This document shows, piece by piece, positions 40,550 to 49,154 of a stretch of 64,000 nt of DNA. The stretch's first letter is position 1. Every line of letters begins with the position of its first letter. Location: positions 17,481 to 81,480 of the forward strand of contig CAVPGV010000013.1 in the NCBI GenBank assembly GCA_963704075.1. The letters are read 5' to 3'. Below the pieces are notes generated by a model. It did not search any database and was not told where the DNA came from. It was given only the letters and a program-made list of their open reading frames with translations. The DNA is from an uncultured Actinomycetota bacterium (GTDB lineage Bacteria; Actinomycetota; Actinomycetes; S36-B12; UBA10799). The position numbers and the translations under genes are program-made.

Positions 40550-41770
40550 GTCTCGCCACTTTCGACTACCAGGTACGGGACAGGGCTGGCAAAGTCGTCC
40601 GGGGTCGTATCGAGGCGGAGTCGCCCGCGGTGGTCGCCACGAAGCTCAAAGGAATGGGATACGCGCCCATCTCGATCACTCAGGCGAATGCCGGCCTGAA
40701 GAAGGAGATCAAGATCCCCGGCATGGGCGACAGGGTCAAGTTGAAGGACCTGGCGATCTCCGCACGGCAGTTCGCCACGATGATCAACTCGGGTCTGTCG
40801 TTGCTGCGTGCGCTGTCGATCCTCTCCGACCAAACCGACAACCAAGAACTGGGCGAGGTCTACGCGAGCGTGCGACTGAGGGTGGAGCAGGGTTCGTCGC
40901 TGTCGCAAGCGCTGGCCCAGCACCCCAAGGTGTTCCCACCCATCATGATCAACATGACCCGCGCGGGCGAGACGGGCGGATTCCTCGATCAGGTGCTCAG
41001 CCAGTTCGCCGACAACTTCGAGGCTGAGGTCAAGCTGCGGTCGACCAGTCAAGTCCGCGATGACCTACCCGCTGGTCGTCTTCGCCTTCGCGATCCTGTC
41101 CATGACGGCCATGCTGCTGTTCATCGTCCCGGTGTTCGCGGATCTGTTCGACGAGCCTCGGAGGTACCCTTCCGCTCCCGACCCGCATCCTCGTTGCGAT
41201 CTCGACCATTTTGAAGACCTTCATGCCGGTCATCCTGGTCGCATGCTGATCGCTGCCATGGTCCTCTGGCGCAAGTACAAGAACCAGCCGAGCGTCCGGA
41301 ATGTCGTCGATCCGATGAAGCTGAAGACACCGGTGTTCGGCAAGTTGTTCCAGAAGATCGCTCTGTCCCGCTTCACCCGCAACCTCGGGACGATGATCCA
41401 TGCCGGCGTGCCCATCCTGCAGTCGTTGGACATCGTCGCCGACACGACGGGGAACGTGGTGATCGCACGAGCCGTGCGTGACGTCGAACTGTCTGTGCGG
41501 CAGGGGGAGTCCTTGGCCGGTCCTCTGGTGCATCACCCCGTCTTCCCGCCGATGGTGGTGCAGATGATGGCGGTCGGTGAGGACACCGGATCCCTTGACG
41601 CAATGCTGCACAAGATCTCGGACTTCTACGACGCCGAGGTGGAGGCCACCACGGAGGCGCTGACCTCCTTGATCGAGCCGCTGATGATCGCTTTTGTCGG
41701 TGGAATCGTCGGCGCCATGATCATCGCCCTCTACATGCCGATCTTCAAGGTGTTCGAACTGATCGAGTGA
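40546..41770 (+). pseudogene. pilC: type IV pilus platform protein PilC (GspF family), three frame interruptions as assembled
   Basis: ATGA overlap with pilT, GGGAGG upstream. Two GspF repeats are readable: ..FEAEVKLRS.. | KSAMTYPLVVFAFAILSMTAMLLFIVPVFADLFDE | LGGTLPLPTRILVAISTILKTFMPVILVA | LIAAMVLWRKY... Shifts lie near 41050 (+1), 41155 (+1) and 41243 (-1). Confidence 0.88.
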
Positions 41771-41795
41771 CGGGCTGTCTCGGCTGGGGTCCGCC

Positions 41796-44665
41796 TCAGG
41801 CTTTGGCGTCCGCGCTCGGCCGACCGAACAACCAGCCCTGGCCCATCTGCCAGCCCTGTTCGTGCAGGATACCAGCTTGCTGCTCAGTCTCGATCCCTTC
41901 CGCCACCGTGGACAGTGCCATGCCATGCGCCAGGCCCTGCAACCCCTGAGCGAGCCTGCTCCGAGTGGGATCGGTGGCGATCCCACGGGTGAAAGAGCGG
42001 TCCAACTTGAGGCCCTCGACGGGGAGATCACGCAGGTGTGTGATCGATGAGAAGCCCGTGCCGAAGTCGTCGACCCACCAGAGACGCCGATCTCAGCGAG
42101 CGCATGCATGTTCTCCTGTATGCGTTGGGTGTCGGTGAGCAGCGACGTCTCGGTCACCTCCAGCTGGAGCTGAGATGGTAGAGCGCCGGTACGGGCCAAC
42201 TCACTCCGGACGCCGTCAACGAGTCCGGGGTCGCTCAAGGAGGCCGACGACACGTTCACGGAGACCCAGGTCGTCGTCGGCTGTCGCGCTGCCTGTTCCA
42301 AAGCCTGGCCCAGTATCGCCCGGTCCAGGTCGAGGATGAGATCGGCGTGAGCGGCCGCCGGGATGAAGACGTCGGGGGGCACCACGCGGTTCTCGGAGGT
42401 GATCCAGCGAGCGAGCGCCTCATAGCCCACGACGGATCGGGTGCTGAGGGACACGACTGGCTGGAACCACGCCCGGAACTGTCCTGCTGACAGTCCGTCT
42501 CGGATCGCGCTGCGGATGATCACGCGTTCGGTGGCCGCCTTGGCCATGCTGGCGTCCTGGAACTCCCACCGGTTTCCGCCCAAGGACTTCGCGTGGTGCA
42601 GGGCGGTCGACGCGTTCCGCAGCCATTCCTCGCCTGTCGACGCGTCAGCTCGGGCCGCGATTCCGATGCTGACAGTGACATCGATGCTGTGCCCGCCCAC
42701 CGAGGTTGGTGATTTCACGATCGATTGGATGAAGTCTGCCAAGTCGGCGATTGACTCCGTGTCGTGCAGGGGGAGTAGCACCGCGAACTCGTCCTCAGTG
42801 ATCCGCGCGACTCTGGTCGCGTCCAGTCGTTGTAGGTGTTCGGCCACGTGCGACACCACGCTGTCGGCGGCGGCATGGGTGAATCCGTCGATGATCGACC
42901 CCAAGTCATCGATGCCGACTGCTAGTAGGGAGCCTGCGCTCTCGGCCTGGGCCGCCAAGAACGATCGATCGAGATCCGCAAGCAGTGTCCTGCGATTCGG
43001 CAGTCCTGTCAGCTGGTCGTGTCCGGCTTGGTAGGCAAGGCTCATCCGTGCGCTCATCTCCGCCTGGATGTCATGCGCTGTCTCGATGAATCCGGTCGCT
43101 CGACCTCTGCCATCGCGTATGGCGCGCCCGGTGATGCGCATCCACTTCCATTCACCGTCAGCAGTTCTCAGGCGGGCCTCCCGCGTGTCGGCCGACGCCA
43201 ACAAGGTGTCGCGGATGAGGTCCTCGGGATGCACGAAGTCAGTGACATGCCGGCCAAGGATAACCTCGGGCTTCCAGCCGAGTGACTGTGTCACCGACGG
43301 GGAAATCCATGCAAGACGCCCGTCAAAACTCCACTCGTAGACCACGTCGGCGGCGTTCTCGGCCAGGCGGCGGTACTTCCTCTCGGACTCTGCCAGTCGC
43401 CGTTGTGCGAGGTGCCGCTCGGTGACATCTCGAAAGATGAAGTTGAGACTGTTTCCCACCCGAGATGCACGGACGTCCAGGTACAGGGGTTCGGTTGAAT
43501 CGGCGGTTCGGTGGTCACCGGATCCGGTGAATGCGAAGTCATCGAGTATCAAAGGCTCACCGGTCTCGATCACGCGCACATAGCGGTGGAACAGATTGCT
43601 GTTGGCATGCCCCGGAAACACGTCGAGAAGACGCATCCCGATCAGCTCTGGATGGGGGATCTTGAGGTATTCGCACGCCGCCGCATTCGCTTCCATGAGG
43701 ACGAAGTCGATGACCGTGCCCGCCGAGTCCGAGACCGAGTCCAGCGTCAAGTGCGGGTCGAATAGCGTCTCGAGAACCGCAGCCAGGCGACTCTCTCCAC
43801 GCTCTGCGCGCTCACGATGAATGACCAGGTCATGGACGTCGCGCATTCCCGCGACGATGCCCGCGGGTCGACCGTCTGCATCCCTGAGTTGTGTGGCGTT
43901 GCCGGAGAACCAGCGGTACTCGCCATATTTCTTCCGTAGACGTACCTCTATCGTGCGGCCAGAAGGCACGAAGTCGTCCTCCTGAAGAATGCGTCGCCTG
44001 GTCTCCGCGATCGCCTGCGCGTCATCGGGGTGGAGCAGATCGTGGAACGAAGTGCCGATGATCTCGCTGGGTGTCCATCCGAGGGCGGATTCGATGGTGG
44101 GGGCGATCCAGCGGACAATGCCGTCGGGTGCCGACATGTACACGATGTCGGAGGCGTTCTCCGCCAGCAGGCGGAATCTCTCTTTCGTCTCTTCAAGGCG
44201 CTGCTGGGCGAGCCGCCGTTCCGTTGCATCTCGCCAACTACCAACGCGTCCGATGATTGTGCCTTGCTCGTCGTACAGCGGTCTCACCGCCGAGGAGATC
44301 CAGATGTAGTCGCCGGATCGGTGCCGAGCCCGAAACTCCATGACCGCGGGTATCCCATGCGCCACTCGAGCGCGTGTCTCGCTGACCCGGTTCTTGTCCT
44401 CATCGTGGACGAAGTCGAGGAAGTCGCGGTTCGTGACCTCGTCTCGGGGCCATCCGAGCAGTTTCTCCACCGAAGGACTGATCCAGGTGACGGTGCCGAG
44501 GACGTCGGCGCGAAACACAACATCCGAAGCGTTCTCCGCAATGAGCCGGTAGTCCTGCAACTCGAGGTCCTCGGGCGAGGGAACCAAACGCTGCGTAGGC
44601 ACGGAACTGGGTTGCGACGCGGCCCAGCGTGAAACCCCGTCCCCGAGGGCACGCGCCTTCGCCAC
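41796..44665 (-). CDS. PAS x4 - degenerate GGDEF - EAL signalling protein (probable c-di-GMP phosphodiesterase), one frame interruption near 42082 as assembled
   Basis: GTG at 44665 preceded by GGAGG. Four PAS-like units (LIAENASDVVF, LLAENASDIVY, LMEANAAACEYL, LAENAADVVYEW). GGDEF site reads ARITEDEFAVLL. EAL motifs YEALARW and LEVTE, then after a 1-nt gap WWVDDFGTGFSS, LKLDRSF, AEGIETE and QGWLFGRP (ORF 41796..42005). The part of the track ORF below 41796 is antisense to pilC and is not part of this gene. Confidence 0.85.
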
Positions 44666-44928
44666 GTGAAGCCTCCATCTCCGTTGTCGAGTGCCGCAGA
44701 GTTCAGCCGGATGGCGTAACTGTTTCAGGTGGCATACGTTTCGTGCATCCTGAGCATCGATGCGCGTCCGCAGTTTCGCCCGCTGCCCATGCGTGATCTG
44801 GCGGCCGCAATGAGTCGAGTGGTCCAAGGGCCTCGACTTTCGCTGCAATCCGTACGGAATCGGTGCTCGGGGACGAATGATTTCCTCTGCCACCGCCACC
44901 GAGCGATTCGCCTCGCTGCATCGAATGG

Positions 44929-45320
44929 TTACGCTGCGTAGTCACGGGTGTTGGGTGTTTGGTGCGGTAGGTGCGTCCGGCGGGGCTGGTCCATTCCAGT
45001 TCGTTGTCGCCGATGGTCACGGCCCATCCGGTTTGGTGTGTGATGCGGTGGTGGCGTCGGCATAGGCAGTGCAGGTTGTCCGCGGTGGTGTCCCCTTCGG
45101 GATGGTGTGGTCGAGGTCGCAGCGGGCGGCCGGTACCGAGCAGCCGGGGAAGCGGCAGTGTTGGTCGCGGGCGCGTACGGTGCGGGCCGGGGCGCTGGGG
45201 ATGCGGTGCTGCCCGGGGGTGGTGTTGATGATCCGGCCGGTGGGGGTAGCCAGGCGAAGCAGGTCGGTCCATGCGGCACTGCCAGCTGCCGGGCGTTGGT
45301 CCACACCGGTCGTTGGGCAA
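44929..45320 (-). pseudogene. truncated, frameshifted DUF222-type HNH endonuclease remnant
   Basis: Only the C-terminal ~110 aa are recognisable: ..TPGQHRIPSAPARTVRARDQHCRFPGCSVPAARCDLDHTIP | PEGDTTADNLHCLCRRHHRITHQTGWAV..EWTSPAGRTY, split over two frames near 45085. No N-terminal DUF222 region. Confidence 0.7.
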
Positions 45321-45542
45321 CGCCTCATGCAGCGCGTAGGGCGTTTTCGTAGATCACCTCCAGCCGGCCGGCGGCTGCGGCCCGCACCGCCGGCGTCGAT
45401 CCCCTCGACGAGCCCGTCGAACTCGTCTAGATCGATGTCCCTGTCCATACCCCGAACGTAGAACAAAGGTATGCCAGAACGAAAAGCCACTACACAAGCC
45501 GACGAGTCAGCGGTCATGGGTCGCTGCGCGTAGTTTTGTTAC

Positions 45543-46214
45543 GTGCATTTGTATCTCGTCCGCCACGGACAAAGCCACGTCAACCTTGGCGACATCACCG
45601 TCTCGCATCGCGACGAGCCGTTGACCGATCTCGGTCGGGCACAAGCCGCTCGGGCAGGGGAGTGGATCCGGGAGAACATCCGCGCCACCGACTTCTACGC
45701 CAGCAGTGTCGCGCGCACGGCGCAGACCGCCCAGATCATCGGGTCCGTGATCGGGCAGCAGCCGACGCTCACAGACGGTCTGCGGGAGATCGGCACCTGT
45801 CGGCCGGACGGGACCCCGATTCCCTCGACGGAGTTTGAGACCTTCACTCCCGAGTTGTGGGGGACGTTGGATCCGTACACTCCGGTCACCGCGACGGGGG
45901 AGAGTTGGATGCAGTTCCGCTCGCGGATCGGAGCCTTTCTTGAGGACCTGGTTCCGGCGGCGCGTCGTAACCGCGTGATTAGCCCGCCCGAGGAGCCATC
46001 CGACCCCCGGAGAATTCTGCTCGTGGCTCACGCCGGTGTGATCGAAGCGGTGTTCGAGTACATCTTCGAAAAGGGGCCCTGGAGTGTGGTCGCGGTCGAG
46101 ACCCACCACACTGGGATCACGCACGTCGAACACCGTCCGCAGGTGAACCGCCCCGACTGGTGGCTGCACTACCACAACCTCACACACCACCTGACCGATG
46201 AAATGCGGACGTAG
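45543..46214 (+). CDS. histidine phosphatase family protein (phosphoglycerate mutase-like)
   Basis: 223 aa with LYLVRHGQSHVN (the RHG catalytic motif) and a later LLVAHAGVI (His motif). Confidence 0.85.
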   Translation: MHLYLVRHGQSHVNLGDITVSHRDEPLTDLGRAQAARAGEWIRENIRATDFYASSVARTAQTAQIIGSVIGQQPTLTDGLREIGTCRPDGTPIPSTEFETFTPELWGTLDPYTPVTATGESWMQFRSRIGAFLEDLVPAARRNRVISPPEEPSDPRRILLVAHAGVIEAVFEYIFEKGPWSVVAVETHHTGITHVEHRPQVNRPDWWLHYHNLTHHLTDEMRT

Positions 46215-46420
46215 CGGTCAACAGGGTGTCGCCCGAATGCGCGGGTCGTCGTCCGATCGGAGCAACTTGTCGCTGGGGGCTGAGACTCACCTGAAAGAGT
46301 GAAGTCGATTCTCGACGCGTCCGAATGGGTGACATCTGATGGAGCAGAACTGGATCACCGCACCCCGACTGCCCGATGCCTACTTCGTCATTGCAATCGG
46401 GGCACGACGGCCCCATATTC

Positions 46421-46427
46421 GAAGGAG
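46421..46427 (+). promoter_or_regulatory. Shine-Dalgarno sequence of pilA
   Basis: GAAGGAG lies 7 nt upstream of the ATG at 46435. Confidence 0.7.
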
Positions 46428-46434
46428 AACAGAA

Positions 46435-46839
46435 ATGTTCGCACGCATCCAAGAGGCGCGGGAGAATGAAGAGGGCTTCACCCTCATCGAGCTCCTCGTC
46501 GTGATCATCATCATCGGAATCCTGGCAGCCATTGCCATCCCGGTCTTCCTGAACCAGCGCGCCAGCGCGGCGAAGTCGTCGCTGACAAGTGACGCCCGCA
46601 ACGGCGCGGTGGCGATCGAGACCTTCTTCACTGAGAACCAGACGTATCCTGCTGACCAGGCCGCAGTTGTGGCTCTGGCCCCCTCGTTGTCCGCCAACAA
46701 CGCAGTGACGGCGTACACCACCACGGGCACTGCGTTCACCTACTGTGTCGAGGCCACGAACGGCGCCGCGATGGGCTGGGGAGTCACCTACGATTCGGCC
46801 GTGGGCGGTACGCAGGACCCCGACCAAGGTGGCTGCTAA
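46435..46839 (+). CDS. pilA: type IV major pilin (prepilin with class III signal peptide)
   Basis: MFARIQEARENEEG|FTLIELLVVIIIIGILAAIAIPVF carries the canonical G/FTLIE cleavage and methylation site with Glu+5. 134 aa with two Cys near the C-terminus (YC..GGC). Trimmed from track ORF 46339. Confidence 0.9.
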   Translation: MFARIQEARENEEGFTLIELLVVIIIIGILAAIAIPVFLNQRASAAKSSLTSDARNGAVAIETFFTENQTYPADQAAVVALAPSLSANNAVTAYTTTGTAFTYCVEATNGAAMGWGVTYDSAVGGTQDPDQGGC

Positions 46840-46848
46840 CCCCAACCC

Positions 46849-46887
46849 ACAACGGACCCCAGATCATCTGGGGTCCGTTGTTGTGTG
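46849..46887 (+). terminator. intrinsic terminator-like hairpin after pilA
   Basis: ACAACGGACCCCA-gatcatc-TGGGGTCCGTTGT, followed by TGTGTG, beginning 10 nt after the stop codon. Confidence 0.7.
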
Positions 46888-47066
46888 ACGGGGTACACAG
46901 ACATTGCGTTGCTGGAGGCCGCAGTCCGAGGCCTCTTGGTGAGGATCCGACCTCTGAGAAGCCGTTCTGGCACCGAAAGACCCGCGTCTTGGTTTATGGA
47001 GTGAGGGACGAGCGTTGTCAGGCACTCGTGATCAAGCGGTGACCGGAATCTGTCGAAGGAAACACC

Positions 47067-48437
47067 GTGGAGTCAACATCGCGTTTCGCTGCGCTCGCCT
47101 CCCGGCGGGCGGGAGTCGCTCACGGTGACTCCGGCTTCACCATGATCGAGTTGATGGTGTCCCTGGTGATCCTCGGCATCGTGTCGTCCGGATTCGCTTA
47201 TGGACTGCAACTGACTCTCGCCGTGACCCGCGACGACCGCGCACGCCTGCAGGCATCCAACCTGGCCGCCCGGGAACTCGAGATCGTGCGCAACGAGTTC
47301 GGCGCGTCCAAAGCCGCTCCCACCGCCATTGGTGCGGTGAGCGAGGTCACCAACCCGCATCCCCTCGCCGGCGGCACCAGCGGTCAGCCGCTGAACCTCG
47401 ACGGGACGAAATTCACCGTCGTGCGAACGGTGTCGTGGCTACCCGCAGGTACCGGCACAAGCCCGTGTGACGGAGGTTCCGCCGTCACCTATCCCTCCCT
47501 CGGGGTGAACGTGAAGGTCTCGTGGACGGAATCGGGCCAAAGCCGAGATGTTGAATCGAACACTGTCCTCACACCGCCCAAAGGAACACTGGCGACCATC
47601 AAGGGGTTCATCGCGGCGAAAGTCCAGGGCGCGGACGGCAACGGAGTTGCGGCGCTGCCCGTGGATCTCAGTGGCCCGGGCGGCAGCCAGACGCGGGTGA
47701 CGGCCGCCGACGGCTGTGCTGTCTTCGCCCTGACCACGACGGGCAGCTACACAGTGACACTCGACCAGCCAGGCTTCATCAGTTTCGACGGTCAACCGAC
47801 GACGTCGAAACCGGCGGTGGTGAGTGCGGGATCGATCCAGTTGGTGCCCTTCAGCTACGACCGGGCGTCGACGCTGCAGCTGGAGTACGTGGTCTCTGAC
47901 GGCGTGGGTCCTCAGTTCGGTCTGCCTGATCCGCCGCCTTCAGTCGTCCTGTTCAATCCGAGTCTGCCCACGATGGGTAAGCAGGAGATTGCCAGTGGGC
48001 AGACGACAGTGACAGGGCTGTGGCCGTTCCCCGACGGGTACTCCGTATGGGCGGGAACATGCTCTCTGAACGATCCCGCGGTAACGGGAGGCAGCCGACC
48101 CGAACCCGTGCGGCCCCAGCCCGGAGAAACACTGACAGCCGAGGTGCTGGTGAAGCCGGTGAAGCTCACGTTCATCGACGATTTTGAACAGCCCCTCGTG
48201 GGAGAACCCGTGCTGGTCAAGATCAACGACGAGACCGGCTGTCGCGAAACGGAGTTCCAACTGGGGACCACGGATGCCAATGGCGTAGTCCAAGGGGCCT
48301 TGCCTTATGGCCAGTGGAAGGCGAGGATCGATGACCCGGATGGGGTAGGTGAGGACTATCTCATGTCGGTCGACGTGTCCGCGGACGGTTCGGTGACGTA
48401 CCCTCTCGAACTGCCGCAGGGGGTGGGTGGCGGATGA
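47067..48437 (+). CDS. prepilin-type minor pilin fused to carboxypeptidase-regulatory-like beta-sandwich domains
   Basis: 456 aa. N-terminal G|FTMIELMVSLVILGIV prepilin motif. Later segments (GFIAAKVQGADGNGVAALPVDL..GSYTVTLDQPGF; KLTFIDDFEQPLVGEPVLV..DANGVVQGALPYGQWK) resemble CarboxypepD_reg folds. Confidence 0.7.
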   Translation: MESTSRFAALASRRAGVAHGDSGFTMIELMVSLVILGIVSSGFAYGLQLTLAVTRDDRARLQASNLAARELEIVRNEFGASKAAPTAIGAVSEVTNPHPLAGGTSGQPLNLDGTKFTVVRTVSWLPAGTGTSPCDGGSAVTYPSLGVNVKVSWTESGQSRDVESNTVLTPPKGTLATIKGFIAAKVQGADGNGVAALPVDLSGPGGSQTRVTAADGCAVFALTTTGSYTVTLDQPGFISFDGQPTTSKPAVVSAGSIQLVPFSYDRASTLQLEYVVSDGVGPQFGLPDPPPSVVLFNPSLPTMGKQEIASGQTTVTGLWPFPDGYSVWAGTCSLNDPAVTGGSRPEPVRPQPGETLTAEVLVKPVKLTFIDDFEQPLVGEPVLVKINDETGCRETEFQLGTTDANGVVQGALPYGQWKARIDDPDGVGEDYLMSVDVSADGSVTYPLELPQGVGGG

Positions 48438-49150
48438 ATTCACTCAACGCGGCGCGCAGGAATGACCAGGGGATAACCATGGTCGAGATGATGGTTGTGG
48501 TGAGCATCCTTGGAACGGTGCTCGCGATCGTCAGTCAGGGCTTGATCATTTCGCAGAAGACCCTCAACGAGAATGCCGGGCGACTGCAGGGCGTGTCACA
48601 GACCAACGTCGCGGTCGAAGCCATGACGCGGGTCCTACGCACGGCGATCCTTCCTTCGCAGGTCCAAGCCACGTGTTCTGGCTGTGACGTCGCCGCCTTC
48701 ATCGAAGGTGATGCCAGGTACGTCAAGTTTTACGCGAATGTCGACAACGACGGCATCCTGCCAACCTCGGGGACGACCGACTACGGGCCCCGGCGTGTGA
48801 CCTACAGCGTCGATGCGCAGAACGTCCTGACCGAGACGATCCAGAAACCGAACCTGCACGCGGTCAACGACTTCGACTACCAGTACTGCAACCCGGGGCC
48901 CTCCTGTCCGGTACAGACCCGGATCCTCACCAGGGACGTGGAGCCCGGGCCGCTGTTCACCTACTACGACCGGACCGGTGCCGTGATCGCAACGCCATTG
49001 CAATCAGCAGTCTCGCGGTTGAAGTCCGTCGACAGCATCGACCTCGTGATCGCGGTCCGGCCTTCCGATCGTGCCGACTCGTCGACGGTCACTGCGCGCG
49101 TCACCTTGCCCAACGCAGACTCCCTGATCCAACCCACGCCCACCCCTTGA
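48434..49150 (+). CDS. prepilin-type minor pilin (PilW/PulJ-like)
   Basis: 238 aa. N-terminal QG|ITMVEMMVVVSILGTVLAIV prepilin-type motif. Start overlaps the upstream stop. Confidence 0.7.
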   Translation: MNSLNAARRNDQGITMVEMMVVVSILGTVLAIVSQGLIISQKTLNENAGRLQGVSQTNVAVEAMTRVLRTAILPSQVQATCSGCDVAAFIEGDARYVKFYANVDNDGILPTSGTTDYGPRRVTYSVDAQNVLTETIQKPNLHAVNDFDYQYCNPGPSCPVQTRILTRDVEPGPLFTYYDRTGAVIATPLQSAVSRLKSVDSIDLVIAVRPSDRADSSTVTARVTLPNADSLIQPTPTP

Positions 49151-49154
49151 GGAG

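Noticed and set aside
41030-41795. C-terminal ~250 codons of the 1289-aa minus ORF 41030..44899
   Set aside because: After the 1-nt lesion near 42082, the true EAL frame continues in ORF 41796..42005 and stops at 41796. The remaining read-through is antisense to pilC. The first 78 codons (44666-44899) are also rejected because a GTG with a GGAGG Shine-Dalgarno lies at 44665.
46215-46434. Sigma-54 type (-24 GG / -12 GC) promoter or c-di-GMP riboswitch in the pilA leader
   Set aside because: No TGGCAC-N5-TTGC-like element and no GEMM-like conserved segments are visible. Sigma-54 is also generally absent from Actinomycetota.
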